Assembly (NCBI GenBank): GCA_973895155.1
Contig: OZ316896.1
Location: 4,303,595-4,367,594, forward strand
DNA: 64,000 nucleotides
Source: Marsupella aquatica
Taxonomy: Eukaryota > Plantae > Marchantiophyta
Direction: 5' to 3'
Shown here: one piece after another, positions 1 to 14,100 of the stretch
Layout: every line of letters starts with the position of its first letter
Position numbering within the stretch: position 1 is the first letter of the stretch
The notes under the pieces: generated by a model
Database searches by the model: none
What the model was told of the DNA's origin: nothing
What the model saw: only the letters and a program-made list of their open reading frames with translations
Made by a program: the position numbers and the translations under genes

Positions 1-1683
1 CCTAGTGGCGCCGCTAAAACCATTCACGAGAAATCCCTAACCTAAAACATGCGGCACACACATGATCCTAAAGCCCTAATCTAACTATGGGACCGACGAT
101 GCCTTCGACAACGACACAATCTCGCTCCGTGAACCGCAAAAATGCAAGGGACCCCATAATTGCCGAAACTAGGTGACACTTTGAGTGCACCTCTGAGCTC
201 ACCCCTGGGTAGCCCTGCTCCTCCTGATCATGAATCACCAAACCGCTCCCGAAATGGATGTCACCTATGAATCACCAAACCACTCCACTAAACAAGGACT
301 CACTTGAGTCCACCACCTCCTATCCTATCTATCTACCCTGCCTATCAGTCTCAATCCTCCTGATCGCCACCACCGGTCCGTTGTAAAAGGAGGGGGCCCC
401 TATAATTGTTGAAACTAAAATTTTCTCAGAATTCACTTCTGAAAACATATTTGAGGAGCTCTCCTCTTCCTGATCACGTCTCTATAAACGGTGCACAAAA
501 CGGAGGCCAAACGACCAAGATATGATCGTTTAACTTTTCATGGGGCATCGTCTCCCTCCGTTTCGTCCGTACAACACCAGGGGGCCCCGGCTTTGCAAAA
601 CACGGATCACGAGTTCTCCCTATGTGGTGCTACCTCCTCCTTCCCTTGCAAAGCCGGGACCTCCTGCCGTATGGATGTCCATACGGCCTCAAAACCCTGG
701 TATTCTCAAAAAATGCGATTTGTTGTATCTTCCCCGTCTTAGCTCCGTTTTGGCCGTGTGACACATCGTTGGATTTAGCTCGAGCTCTTTCCAACAAGCC
801 TGTAGACTCCTGATTTGAGATGGTCGAAAATCTGATGTTCGTACAACCAAGGTCCGTACACACGTTGAAAGCAAGCACAAGAGGGAAAGGGTTTAGGGTT
901 TAGGGTTTAGGTATGGGTGGAAACCCCACAAGTGAGAATAGAGAAAAAGGGAAGGAAGAAAGTGTGAGGGCCCCTTCTACCGATGTAATCTTCTATGAAG
1001 TGCCCCTTCTACGGTGTGGTTCTTGTATGGAGTGCCCCTCTACGGAGTGGGGAAGGGAAAGAGAGCAAAAACCATGTGAGGACCACACAAAGAGTGAAGG
1101 GGAACACAAGTGTGGGAACCCCTTCCTTCTAAGGGCCCTCCAAGATCACTACTCCAAGATCACTACTCCAAGATTGTCTAGTTTGTTATTTTACGGGCGT
1201 TAAGGTCCCTCAAGATGTCACTGTTTGATATAGACCTAGAATCAACTAGAGAACCTCAGTTTCGCATGGGGCTCATTGAGGGCTTGAAAATGAATCCAAA
1301 CATGACTATGTTTGGAATAGTACTAGCGCAGCAACATCTATTTTAAGTTTTAACATTTTCTATATTTTGGTTATTCTTCCCGTTTTGCGCCTTACGTGGA
1401 GCCTCCGATCAGCCCCCACCCCTCCAAGATGCCCACACCTTGGCTCCAAGTCCTTGGGCTGCCTTGTGGCCTCCTTGTACCCCCTCAATGGTTCCCTTGT
1501 CATCCATCACCGCCCGGCACTGCTCTCAACTCCGGCCTCCGGTTGTCGCATCCATTTATTAGAACTAACAAAAATAAAAAATTTGAAAATCCAAACACTT
1601 TTACTACATCTACTTGTCTTTCTACTTATATACGCAATTATAAGTCATCACTAAGTTACTACCGGGTTTGGGGCCCTGTCACA
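1..1683 (-). mobile_element. Part of a large LTR, probably Ty3/gypsy (Tekay/Del-like), running off the left window edge
   Basis: Ends in GGGGCCCTGTCACA at 1670-1683 (minus strand TGTGACAGGGCCCC, an LTR-like terminus). Non-coding, with short internal duplications (TGAATCACCAAACC, AAGATCACTACTCC, GCCCCTTCTAC) and a TTTAGGG run. The partner LTR is not in the window. Confidence 0.4.
888..911 (+). repeat. Interstitial telomeric-type repeat (TTTAGGG) x ~3
   Basis: AGGG TTTAGGG TTTAGGG TTTAGG read directly. Confidence 0.85.
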
Positions 1684-1689
1684 TTAACC

Positions 1690-4600
1690 ATGCCCTTTTA
1701 GCCATTGTTGTCATCTAGTGTTGCATTCAATGTGAACCATGGGAGGTCACAATAGCACACAAATGAGAAGATTTGCTTGCAGTAGAAGTTCTAGGAGAGG
1801 AACTAGTGGTATGCTTGAAGTGTGGCAAGACTGGTCACGTGGATTGCAAGGGTGAGGCAATTGAATCTTCATCAATCCAATAATACAGTAGACACACTCT
1901 CTTTCTACTTCAGGTTTTATCCCTTTTGCTTACAAGGTTTTAGATAATGTATCTAAAATATGGTAAGTTATTTCTTTGATACCATATGCCATTACGTCTT
2001 TATTTGGTGAATCTGGGGAACAAGATGAAGATAATTTTATGTCAAAAAGAACAAGCAAATTTATTGATTTGCCAACGGAGCGAAATGGTGGGTACCGGTA
2101 GCAACGTAATATCAACTGCAACTAATTGATGGTGAACTTCAAGTCACGTCAAGAGAGACAGTAATTTTTGAGGGGAGCAAACAAAGAAGAATTTTTATGT
2201 GCCGTAGAGAAATCTAGTATGTGCAAAAGCCAATGTAACAAAATCTCACAATCAGATAACTCATTTATGGGATTCACAAATAGGCCACCTGAATGAGAAG
2301 GGTTGACTATCTTATAAAAGAATGGGTTCATTCTCATATGCATTTCTATAAATTAGGTTTTTACAAGCATTCTAATTTTGGAAATTAGTATTGTTATGCT
2401 TTTGGTGTTGGAACCTATAGTTCTGAAGCATTTCTCAAGTACATATATAATGAGGTATGGGGTCCATCCCGACTCCCTTGAACTCTAGAAAATTGTACAA
2501 TATTTTATTGATTAACAATAAATTGACATTTGTGTAAATTTATTTCATGACACATATATCTGATGCCTTGTTCATTTTTAAGAAGTGAAAGGCCCAGATG
2601 GAAAATTACATTAGAAGCATGATTAAGTGTTTGGATACTCGAGTCCAAATTTTGAGGTTTGACAAAAGAGGGGGGTGTAAACTTCAAAAAACATTGAAGC
2701 ATACTCTGTAGAAAAAGCTAGGGATAACTTGTCATTTCACCATAATTTATACTTTGTAATAAAATGGTGTCACTTCGAGGCTCAATCAAACATTGTTGAA
2801 ACATTCACAGAGTATATTGAGCCCAAGAGGTTTACCATAGGAGTTTTGGGCAGAAGCTGCCACTACTTAAACTTATTTGGTAAATCTTTCTCCTTCTAGT
2901 GCCATGAAAACCCCATGTAAAATGTATCATAAGCGACAAGTAAACTATCATGGCTTGGTTATTTTTTGAAAGTGATGCATATGCTCGCACACCAAAGTAG
3001 AATAGGGCCAAGTTAGATCCTATGTCAAGGAAATGCATATTTACTTGGTACCGCAATGGTGTGAAGGCCTATAGGTTATGAGATCTTATTGCCCCTAAGG
3101 TAGGTCAGTGGGAATGTGTCCTTCAGTGAATCCAAATTATTGAAGGAGAGTTAAGATACTCAAGGTTTCTATATTGACAAAGAAAAATCTTATAAGAAAT
3201 TGTCAACTCTAGATTAGACAGCAAATGCAAACATGAAATATTGATCTACACTGCACCAACAAGACACCACGATAGAGAAACTCCTTAAGGATTTATAGCT
3301 CATGAGAATGTCTATGTGAAGAATGAGGAAGAAAATGCTTCCCTTCAACCTATACCCCTCAAGGGGGCCAATATGTGTGGGCCTAATCTAAGCGGATCTT
3401 ATCCTAATATAATCCAAGGTAAACAACCCTAGTAAGGCCAAACTAGTAAAAGTCGGGAGCTAGAGTCAATTCCTAACAAATCTTCCATCCCAAATCTTGT
3501 TGATGGGGAGATCGATCATAAGTTACGTGGTCAAAGAGAAGGAGGGTCTCCAAGCATGGAGTTGGTTTCCTCTGCCAAAAAAACAAGAGGAGTTTATTGA
3601 TGTTGGTGAGCAACAAGTGATTGTTGATGAGCCTCAAATTATACTAGCAAACACAAATCAACCAGAGTTAACAACTAGGAGAATATTTGGTCCCACTATG
3701 CACGCTTCTCCCAAGTATGCATAGTGGGATGATTCATCTTGATTAAAAGATATAGATTGTATTTTGAATGATGAGATGGCATTGGTTTTTATAGGAATGA
3801 GAGTTCACCCTCTTCATTTCATAAAGCAAGTGCTATGAAAGAGAAGGAGTACGTAGACTGCAACAATGCAAACAGAGATACAGTCACTGAAAGACAACAA
3901 AACTTGGGAGCTTGTCAAGTCACCTAAAGATCGGCAAGTGGTGGGCGCTTACTTGAAGGATCAATCCACAAGAGGTGGATGAAAGGTCTACAAGACTAGG
4001 TTGGTAGCCAAGGGGTTTACACAAGAGAACATGTTGATTACATTATGAGTTCTTCACACCAATTGCTAAGTAGTCTACGATATGTGCATATGTGAAACTG
4101 GTGAATATTGTTGTATTTGGATGAATTGTTTTAGTGTTTTATGTGGATGACGTGCTTATTGTTGCCAAGGATAGATCTGATTTTGTTATGCTTAAAGCAC
4201 TGCTCAACACATAGTTTAGGATGAAGGACCTTTTTTTATAATTTAAAGTTTATTTCACTCGTGAACCTCACATATGGGGAGAACCAGCAAGCCCAAGGGC
4301 AAAACAAGCCAAAAAGGCAGAGGAGAACATCCTCAAAGACATAAAAATGATGAGTGACATCTAAAAGAGGTAGCAAGGATAGCTCTTCACTCAGAGAAAA
4401 CCCAAGACGTCACACCTGCTTAGTAGGAGCTCTGTCAAACCTCCTAAGTAATAAAGTAAAGAAGCATAAGGAGTGTAGTCCTTCACAACTACAAAGAGTC
4501 AGAGTCAATAGAGTGGGAGAGCATTAACCACAAGCGGGAGAGCGCCACCCCAAAAGGAACCTCACAGTAAACCTCCGACTGGGGACTGAATAGCACAGTC

Positions 4601-5880
4601 AATACCCGATATCCCCAACCCACGGACACTCTATTGTCATCAACGAAACTAACAAAGTAGAGAAACTGCCCATCAAGCCATAGGATGAAGGACTTATGGC
4701 CACCTAAGAGGAATTTCGGTATAGAGATCACTAAAAACTTGGAGGCTGGCAAGCTATGGTTGACGGAAGGCAAATTGAGCAAGGAAAATAATTGTCAAGT
4801 TCAACATGGGCAATAGCAAGTCGATAGGCACCCCTTTAGCACACTTTGAGTTGTCATCAACTTTTTTTTCACGGATACGACAGAGAAAGGGCTGATGTCA
4901 AAGGTTACGGATGATAAGGCAATGGGGAGTCTCATATATTTGATGATTTGCACTAGATCTAGTCTTGCCATGGCCATTGGCAAGGTGAGCAGGTACATGT
5001 CAAATTTAGTGAAAGTACATTGGGAAATAGTGAAGTGAATTATCAAATACGTGAAGGGTATCATGGATGATGGTGTTTTGCTTGATGCGAATGCAAAGAA
5101 TCCTAGATCATTGATTGACTATGTAGATTCTAACCATAGACAAGATCTAGATTGGAAGAGATCAACAATAGGGTAACTATGTGTTCATACTTGGTTGTGG
5201 ATGCAGAAGTTTGAGGTCTACTTTGCAAAAGTGTAAGTTCAATCTTCTACAAAAACAAAGTATGTTGCAGCAACAGAACCAGCAAAGGAAGCAATTTGGT
5301 TGGATAAACAAACCATTGACATGGGATTGCCAGAGGGGAATGTGAAGCTCCATCATGATAGTCTGAATGTGCTCCACCTTGTTGTGAACCAGGTGATGGA
5401 TAGTATCTGAGTGAAGCACTTTTAGGTTAGGTACAATTTTATTAGACATCATGTAGTGTTTGATAATCTATTTGAGTTAGTCAAGATCACAACAAACTCA
5501 ACCCAACTAACACGTTTACCGAACTGATTTATTTGGAAAGTGTTTCTAGACACCGTAATGTGTTATAAGTTTTCACAAGTTAATATTTGTGTAATTATTG
5601 ATTGATGCTCTTGCTCATTCCTATGTATTAGGTTGTTGCCTAATTCAAGTTTGTTCTATTTAGAGAAGGAAAATTGGTTTGATTCTTGTCTAGAATTTCC
5701 CGCTTAGGAATCATATAGGTCTCGATATAGGTTAGGAGTATTAACCTCCCCTAGATCAGAGTCAAGTGGGAGATTGTCATGCATTTACTCTTTGGTCTAG
5801 AATTACAATTGTAAATATAGTTAGGATTAATCTTAGTTGCAGTTGCGAAAGTTGACTATTCTAACACTTAGCACTAGCAT
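1690..5880 (+). mobile_element. Heavily decayed Ty1/copia retrotransposon (gag-pol remnant, PPT and start of 3' LTR)
   Basis: Motif remnants in copia order: CLKCGKTGH knuckle (~1813), GHLNEKG (~2283), EVWGP (~2452), EFWAEA (~2840), KLDPMSRKCIF (~3010), DNKTWELV (~3892), YKTRLVAKGFTQ (~3989), YVDD (~4140), YVDS..DLD..RST RNase H (~5120). PPT AAGTGGGAGAT is followed by TG at 5775. Many stops and frameshifts. Confidence 0.9.
4230..4680 (-). mobile_element. ~450-bp retroposed (LINE/SINE-type) fragment inserted antisense into the copia RT
   Basis: Flanked by the direct duplication TAGGATGAAGGAC (4217-4229 and 4681-4693). Begins with a T7 tract (poly-A on the minus strand). The copia RT sequence resumes after the second copy. 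Confidence 0.7.
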
Positions 5881-5899
5881 TGTTGACTCTGACACCAAG

Positions 5900-8800
5900 C
5901 TCCTCTATGGTCCAGGCCCCCAAAACCGTCATCTAGTGGGGACTAAGTATGGAGAGACTAGTGAGAAAGAAAGTGTTGCACTAGCAAAGGCAATGCGCTA
6001 AGCTGGTAACGTACACTAAGGACTTAGACTAGCATTGGGAGGGTGTTAGGTCATGGGAACGAGCCAAGCTCATGGTGGACATTGAGTTTGGAACCCCAGA
6101 TAGACATTGAGCTCTGAGGGCTTAAGTGAGAGTTCCTCTTGGGCCCAAGGCCAAAAAAGTTTACTTCATGAGCAATTGACGTTTGACAGATAAAATATTT
6201 TATGGCGCAAGTGTAGCCATCCAAGACCCTTGACCAATGACAGATTTTGAGGGCCTAGGTATGAGCAATGGGTCAACCTGATCACAACGGGCTATGACAC
6301 TTCAGTTACAGATGTCTAGCTAGAAAGTTACAGGTATAGCAAGTTAGTTGCATGTCCATGCAATCGGGTTGGAGTCCAGGTTTAGGGCCAAATCTAGGAA
6401 ACCAAAGTAGGTCAGTGTGTGGTAGGTTTCCAGAATCATGTATAAGAGGAGTGATGTCTCTGTGGCGGGAAAGGGCAAGCCCAAGTCATGAGCCACGATT
6501 GTCGTGACACTAAAGAGAAATGCCAAACAAAAAAGATAATAACTTCTGAAGGAGAAGTCCATTAGAGGACTTCTTGGATACATTGGAAAGCTCTTGCAGA
6601 GGACCACATCCCCCGACGCTCATTTGGGTCTAGAGGTGCCTTTGGTTCTCAAGGTTCGCGAGGGCTATCTTGCCCACTTGCCAAATCTGATGAAAACAAC
6701 AACCAAGTTGCGTTCAATTTTCCAAGGGGCATGGGTGCGGGCCTGGTTGTTGAGGTCCAAGTGTATTCGTCCCCTAGACTCTAAGTTGGGTTGGAACCTT
6801 GGACATGGTTGCTAGAGTCAAGGCCAATCTGGTCAAGATGTTTGGGACAAGCTAGCTACTTGGGCCATGAGCATATCCTGGGGAAGCATGGGTGACACTT
6901 AAGAGAGGGGTTATTTTGGACAAACAATCGGTGTTGGCTCTGGCTTTGGCTTATGGCAAGGCCACGCGGGCCAAGAGGTTCTATTCGCTGACCTACTTAC
7001 CAATGTCTATGGTGCTTGAGTCAAGACGATGGTCTTGGAGATCCTAGATCCAATTGGGTTACTTACCGAGGTGTTTAATTGCTTATGCAGATTGTGAGGA
7101 TCGTATTAGAGAGCAAGTGCGACTTTCTATGGGAGTTGCCAGTGGAGGTGATAGTGGCATCAAGTTGCTTGCTCAAGGAGTTATGTGTAGGTGTTTGGCA
7201 CCAAGTGGAAACCAACTTGATTGCTTGCATAGACACAGGGCCGGAGTTGGGTTAAGTTGGGATAAAAAATATGGATTTTTGTGGGGACTTAGTTCTTTAA
7301 CCCGTTTGGTGGGTTGATTGTGAGCATGTTTTGATTTTGGAGACATGATGAAGAACACTCAATCCAAGAGTGTCAAAAAGACTCCCCCTATTAAGGAGAG
7401 AGTCCGAGTACCGACTGGTGCGGAGGAAGATGCATCAACTTCCCTCGGCAAGCGCTTTGGCCGAACTGTCGGCCGCTGTGGCAAACACCTCCAGTAAAGG
7501 GCAAAGACAAGTTAAGGGGAAGGAGGGGGCCATTCCTCCGGAAGGTGGGTCAAGCGATGATGATATCAACTTGGAAGACAGCGAGTACGATTTGGATGAT
7601 GAATCGGACAAAGGCGGTTAAAACCCGGATGAGGGATTGATCCTCGCCTTGGGAGGGTTGGATGAAGAACCATAGGACAATACGGAGCCGGATGTTATAG
7701 TGGACAATTTGACAAAGGATGACCAGGAAGAACTCATCCTGGGAGTTTAGCATGGAAGTCAGAAACTGTAATCTGTTTGGGAGATGGGAAATGGGAGATG
7801 GGAAAGCGAGGAGTACTGGACACCACTTTTGGTGGCAAATTTGGAGTTCAAGAGAACTATTCTGGGTTTTGAACCCGTATTTGTTTGGCGATGGAGTGTG
7901 CCACTTACCAATCTGCCCATAAATGACTGCCAAAATGCATGTTGGTTGGAGATGCTGCAATTAGCCTAGGATAGCCAGATCAATTCCATACGAGGGAGAC
8001 ATTGATGTTCACATGGCACTTAACCTTCCCCCTCATGGAGTTTACAGCCTCACTAGTTCGCAAAGTGAAGCTGTAAAGTCCGTGAGTTGCATGCTTCAGG
8101 GCTCGTTCCATGGTATCATTATTTCGAAGATTGCTCTGAATTGGTAGTGATTATAATTTGTTTTTATTTCGAATACTTATATTCTATTCATAAACCATAA
8201 ATCACCCCAGTACAGGAAGGGCCCCCCCACCGGCCCAGACAACAGTCGGCACTGGGCAGTGGTGGTCCGGCAGAAGAGACAGCGCCTCGGCGTACTAATT
8301 AAGGGCTTGGTGGAGGTCCCGAGGGAGGCTCTTAACTACCTCCAGAGGAGCGAGTTAAGTAAGTAGTTGATATAAGATAATCACTCCACGTACATCATTA
8401 GGAGGTGGAGCATCTCAGCATCCCATGCGAGGTCAGCACGGAAAGGGGCCGTATGGAAAAGTCCGTAGGAAATCGGGACTTCTATCATAGTTTTACTCAG
8501 ACTTCTTATTATATTCATATACCTGATGGATATTATTAGATATCAGCAGCCGGTATGGGCCTGGCTTTATGATAGGTTTAGTACAGTACGGAATTTGTCG
8601 AGGAAGTCGTGGGTTCATCAGCAAAGAGCACCTACTGTAGCCTATGTCCTCCTCTCGGGTACTGTTTCGAGGTCTACTTCTACAGAAGTAGTCTAGTGTG
8701 GTCTATCGATCGAGTCTAGTAGTCTATAAAAATAAAAATAAAGTCTACTCTCAGCACTCTGCATCATTCTCTCTCTCTCTCTCTCTCATCAGCATGGCTC

Positions 8801-8980
8801 GAGTTGCGACGCACAAATAGTACTCCGCTCCTCGTGCGATTAGGGGCGGGTCCCATGAGGGTTTCCCAACTCACCCCACCCGAAGTAGTAAGTACGCCTT
8901 TACACGTTAAGGAAGGCGGCTTCCAAAAGGGAGGAAGGGTCCGGGAAGGTGGAGAGAGAGGAAGAGCATGAGGTGCCACT
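5900..8980 (+). mobile_element. Unclassified decayed repeat/retroelement segment with a broken acidic low-complexity ORF (~6500-7621)
   Basis: Fragmented frames ending ...VKGKEGAIPPEGGSSDDDINLEDSEYDLDDESDKGG*, followed by LTR-like non-coding sequence with a (CT)10 tract at ~8768-8787. No diagnostic enzyme motif seen. Confidence 0.3.
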
Positions 8981-8999
8981 TTAGAGCATTGTACGACTA

Positions 9000-11100
9000 C
9001 AACTACTGTGGTGTATAGAAGTACTCATACTGCCGTAGTGCTTGTTGGCGATACCCACTAAACATGCTCGATTCAATTTGTCAGGAGGTTTTCTAAATAG
9101 CTCACCAAACATACTAGATTAAATTTGTATTGTACCGTGATTTTAGAAGTCTTATTGTCATAGTCTTATCGAGTGAGAGCTTATGGACCTAGCACTTTCA
9201 GTTCTTACTGTGCAAAGTGCCTGCTGTTTGTGTTGTTGAAGAGTGTTACCAAGCACCATGGCAGCCCATCTTGCCATTCTAGAAAGGGCTTAGGGTGTTG
9301 GTTTTAGAGCATCTAGACATTTTTTGCTAAATGACCCGTCCATGGGGTTTACTCCTGAACGATACCAAACTTTTCTGTTTAGAGCTTAGTAAGCATTTAG
9401 TTCCTTTGCCCTTGTCTGGGAGGAGGGAGAGGAGGTGCTTATAGTACTTCTAGGGGTCATAAGGTTTCCCAGGGACTCTCGGAATTGCCATAGTTACAGT
9501 TGCAGGTCTCCTTCACTGGAGTAATGAAAGGTAGTGGGTTAACTTTGACCCATGCCCTAAATATGAAGTTGTCTTTGTGGGAAAACTTTGTGGAGTACGA
9601 AAAATCTTGCGGACAACTCTTGCGGGACACTATGGTGACCTGCAAGCTTTCCTCCAGCATCCCTTCCGAACTCAGTACAAACATCCATAGTAGGGTGGTG
9701 GGAGCATCTTTGAACCCCAAATGTACAGTACTCTACTAGTGTCGAGGTACGAAGAAATCCTCAAACTAAGCACATCTTGCTTTGTATCTTTGTTTTCTTC
9801 TATCCTTTTCTTTTTTGGGGAAAACTGTTTTTGTCACTGTTGTTGGGTGTAAAAGATGCTCCCATTGCATGCAAGGTTGTCCGACACACTGGGATGGAAT
9901 CACACATATTGTGTTGTATCAAGACAGAAATATATTCTTAAAAAGTTATGTCATATTATTGGAGCATGCTCAAATGTTTGTAGATATCCATTTGAGTTCA
10001 AAAAGTTCAGATGAGCAATTTTGGATAATGTCTGGAGTCTTCTTTTCCCTTTTGATAAAATTGAGGTAGTAACTCAGTTTATATGGTTCTCCTTTTGGAT
10101 GTGGCCTGCTTGAGGGTTATGGCATCCAGGTTGTATTGGACTTCATTTTGTGAGTATAACATTCCATTGAAGACAAAAAAAGTGATCTGGGTGAACTAAG
10201 ATGGACTATTGCCAGGGACAAGGGATCCCATCAACCCAAGATCAATACTTGGCAACACTGCTGACAAGCAATGGAGTCAGGTATATATTTCTTTCTTTCT
10301 TTCTTTTGGAAATATGGGAGGTAATAGTTTTGTGGTGGCTCAGGCTATTCTGAATAAGTTATATAGTTTGGACTCAAGAATACAGAAGGGAGGTCGGAGG
10401 AGGGAGGGGAGGGGGCATTCACCACATCATATACAAAACCAAAAAGAATTAAAGAGATGGCTTAAAACAAAATTGGATGTATTTTACTAAAACTAAAAGG
10501 TTTAATATTTTCATGATAGAATGGTCTTCCAATTGAGTGTTTATGGTAACTTAGCCAGGTAAGAGGCGTCACTCTAGGTAGTAGATACACGGAGTAGCTT
10601 TAGATTGCACTTTATTAGTTAGGGTTTTTCTCCCTTGTGGAATGTCTTGATTAGGCCCAGAAATTGACCATTGTTTTTATTATAAATAGCTCAATATGAT
10701 CTCACATACCTTTTATGTAAAACATTCACACAGCGTTCATGCCACATTCTCCAGAATTTCTGGCTTCCTTTAGGGATGGTCACAATATTCCATAAACAAT
10801 ATTACATTTGACTCTAACAATCAATCCCTTGACATGTCCCATGCTTTTGAATGGGGGTGATTAGAATGGGAACTGAAATTTCATCATAAACTCAGTCACC
10901 TCTGCCAGGATATCATCAGGCATCAACATGCTCATACTTGGCAGCAACTTGAGGTCATTTGTCACCTCCTCCTGCATGATGGGCTTCTCTGTTCCCTATG
11001 CACCCCTATTAGCAGAACTTCAATTATTTGTTGGCTTACCCATGCTCAAGCTGCCAATTTTGCCATGTATAGACTCTCTCGACTACCTAACCCTTGAGGC
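9000..11100 (-). mobile_element. Degenerate LINE (L1-like) ORF2/RT remnants
   Basis: Minus-strand fragments EEVTNDLKLLPS...PDDILAE (~10900-10975) and GLIKTFHKGEK (~10625-10660) resemble L1 EEV..AL..LP..KSPGPDG and GLI.LIPK.G motifs. A PMDG remnant lies near 9335. Very degenerate. Confidence 0.4.
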
Positions 11101-14100
11101 TTAGAAGCAAGTAAAAAATCTAAGGGAGAGAAACATCCAGATCCTAGTAACCAAGCCGCCCAAACCTGCAATTTACCACTGACCAGTGGCTAGCCTGGAC
11201 CCATTCAAGACCAAGGATAGTATCTTGTTGATGGCTTGGCTCTTCGAGGACTCCTTGGGGGTGTGGCGGTTGCAGCCTTGGCTGCTCTGGTTTGTCTTGC
11301 TTTTGTTCCTTTCACATATGCTGGTTTCTTAACATGCCATGCCAGGTCATAAAGCTGTGAGTGCCCATCGTATTGCCATTATGTCCAGCCAGAGATCACT
11401 AATGCTTGCTTGTAACCTCTCTGTTTGCACCACGCGTTAATCTACGTCAAATTAATGCTCCCACATTTTCCTGGGGCCCCGCACACTGCCCGTCCAGTCC
11501 CTGAAGCTGCTGCCTGCTCCGGCCTGAGTTTACCAAAACATTAACCAACACTCTATGATTTTGACACCCTCTCTGGCCCGATCAACTTTGTGTTATCTAC
11601 TTTGGGTTTATGTTTTGGCACCCATCACTTTTTGTCGCCCATTCCGGGCCGATCAACTTTTAACCAAAGTACTAGGCTTCCCTTAAACACTCTTAGACTC
11701 TGTTGGAAAGAAGTGTTGCTAGAACATAAACCACAACTCCATAAGGACAAAGTTGATGGCACAAAGTTGATCAGGCCGGAGCCATTTCTTAACACCACAT
11801 CTCAAAGTGGAAAATCCTAGCTAGTCACTAGAGAACCAGAATGCTAGCAAGCAAGGTCTATGCCTGTACACGGACCTGTCACTATGTTGGGAAGGAAAGT
11901 GGGAAACAAGAATGTGGAGATTTATAGTGTGATTAGAAACAATGTTGGGAACTCAATAGATTCTAAATGGTCCTGCCACTGAGCTGGGAAAGTGGGGAAG
12001 AGAGAACTAAGAGAGTCCAAATTTGTCCTGTGATTCTGAATAAAGAATCAAATCAAGTGGAGGTCTTCATTGGGCTGATTGAAACATAACAAAAGGCAAT
12101 TCTTTCAGTTAGCACGAGGCAATTATTTTCAAAACCTCTCTTAACCAATGTTTCTCCATGCTACATAATATTCAGTCAATGGCACCAATGCACAACAAAT
12201 TGGGAGTTCTATGGAGCATTTGAAAATTTCTTCAATCTGCTTCTAAAGACTCCAAGTTAGTTAAATCATTTTAGTTGAGATTTGAACGAGTTACAAGGAA
12301 TCAGAATTTTAGATATCCACATAACTTTTCTCAACAGCAAATTTTGATTTGATATTGCAAAGTCAAATGGTAACAAAATTCAGTGTGTAATACAGCGCAA
12401 AGGTCTTGAAGAGACTATCCAAATGAAATCATAATTGTGAACATTTGTTGAGAATAGAGAGAGCATTTTGATAATTAGATATCATTGCTCATTGTATGGA
12501 CATTGAAGCTTAAAACTGAATGACTATGGCATCACCAAGTTGATCTAAGTTGAGCTCAGGAGCAAAGGGAGGTCAAGGTTGTAAGTGATAATGGACCCTA
12601 AATGATTGCTCTTGAGCCACCCCTCTTGAGAACTTGAGGGTGTCCGACAGACAATGCAGTGAACGGACCCAGACCTAAATGTGTGCCTCATTGGGATGGA
12701 ATCTGACCCATAGTTGACCCTTGTCTGTTATGGGTTATCCAGTGTCACTGTAAAACAGTCTCCAGTCTAATACAAATACCCCCAAAAATAGTGGCAATGT
12801 TCAATTCAGTTGGTGGCAATGTACTTGAAAAAGGTGAAAGGAAATGAACAAAGAAGAGTCTTCTCTTCCTACTGAAGATTTTTTACCATCTACATTTTGA
12901 TATAAAACGTTGAATATTACAATAGCCACTTAAAAGCAATAAAGTGATTATGACATCACTCTATTCTCTTTTGCTTGGGAATCCAACAAGTACTATTTGT
13001 TGGAGCCAAACTTATTATGCCAGACAGTAGTGGCAAAGCTAGCCAATATTTTCTTCCATTAACTCCCCATACATGGAAACAATGCTTTGTTAGGCATTTA
13101 CTCTTGGGTCTGGAGTTACTCTATAACCATAGTTAGTCTAACAGCAGTAAAGTATTTGATCAAGGTTAGATATGCTACAGAGTGTATGCACAGTCAAGAC
13201 TTAGCTTTGAGTTGAGCTTACGCTCACTGTTATGGCGCTGTCTAAGAGATAGAAAGATCTTATGCTGATGAGACTTGGTATGGCTGATTGGCGTAGAGGA
13301 CAATAATGCCCTCTTGTGTGTTAGTGGACATAGCTTTTGGAGAGATGAACCGCATATGTGTTATTTGTGTTATGTCAATTGATTGCTCACTAGATGTTTC
13401 ACATCTGCATGCTGTATATGAGCGGTAGATTGCTCAACATGGTTCTTGTTCCTTAGTACCTACATTAATGCCAATACCTTACTCACACAACACTTAAGGG
13501 CGCAAACAATAAAGTGAAGGAAAGATGAGAATGAACCTGCGTAAATTTGCCAAAATTGGACATGAGGCAAGGCTGCAGTCTACAAAGATCTTGAGATCCA
13601 AGGGTTGTCCGTTAGTTCAATTTGGGAAATTCTGATGACATACAGAAATCCACGAGAATGTAGGTAATACATTGTGTGTATTTTCCTTGTTGGCTATTGC
13701 CGGAGACGTTACTAAGACTTCAAGGCGTTTGCTTTGTGACATGTTGAAATAGTCATTCACTAAGACACTCACTATATACCCCCAACAAAGCAACCACTCC
13801 TTGGTGTGGTTTGGAGACAAGGGTTGGGGGGGGGGGGCATAAAGTAGAATCAAGCATGTCAAATTTTGCTTGAAATTCTATGGGTGGGAGAAGACCTAGG
13901 AGTGCTTCAATGGGCCTAACCCGAGGTCTTCATTCAGTAAATGTGTTGTGCCTGGATAACTTGAGTGATTACTTGATGGATCCTAGTAATGTGAGTTGAT
14001 TGTGGACTGCAAAAGAGCGTATTTAAGTTGCCATCCCCATAAGTTTCCTCATATTTTTCTTGGGGAAATACTTTGAGTAAGGACTCTTGTTTCTCATCTT

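Noticed and set aside
6-13. TGGCGCCG as a tRNA primer-binding site
   Set aside because: The match is only 8 nt and is not preceded by an LTR CA end.
888-911. Telomere or chromosome-fusion scar
   Set aside because: Only ~3 units embedded in LTR-like sequence. Such short runs are common interstitially.
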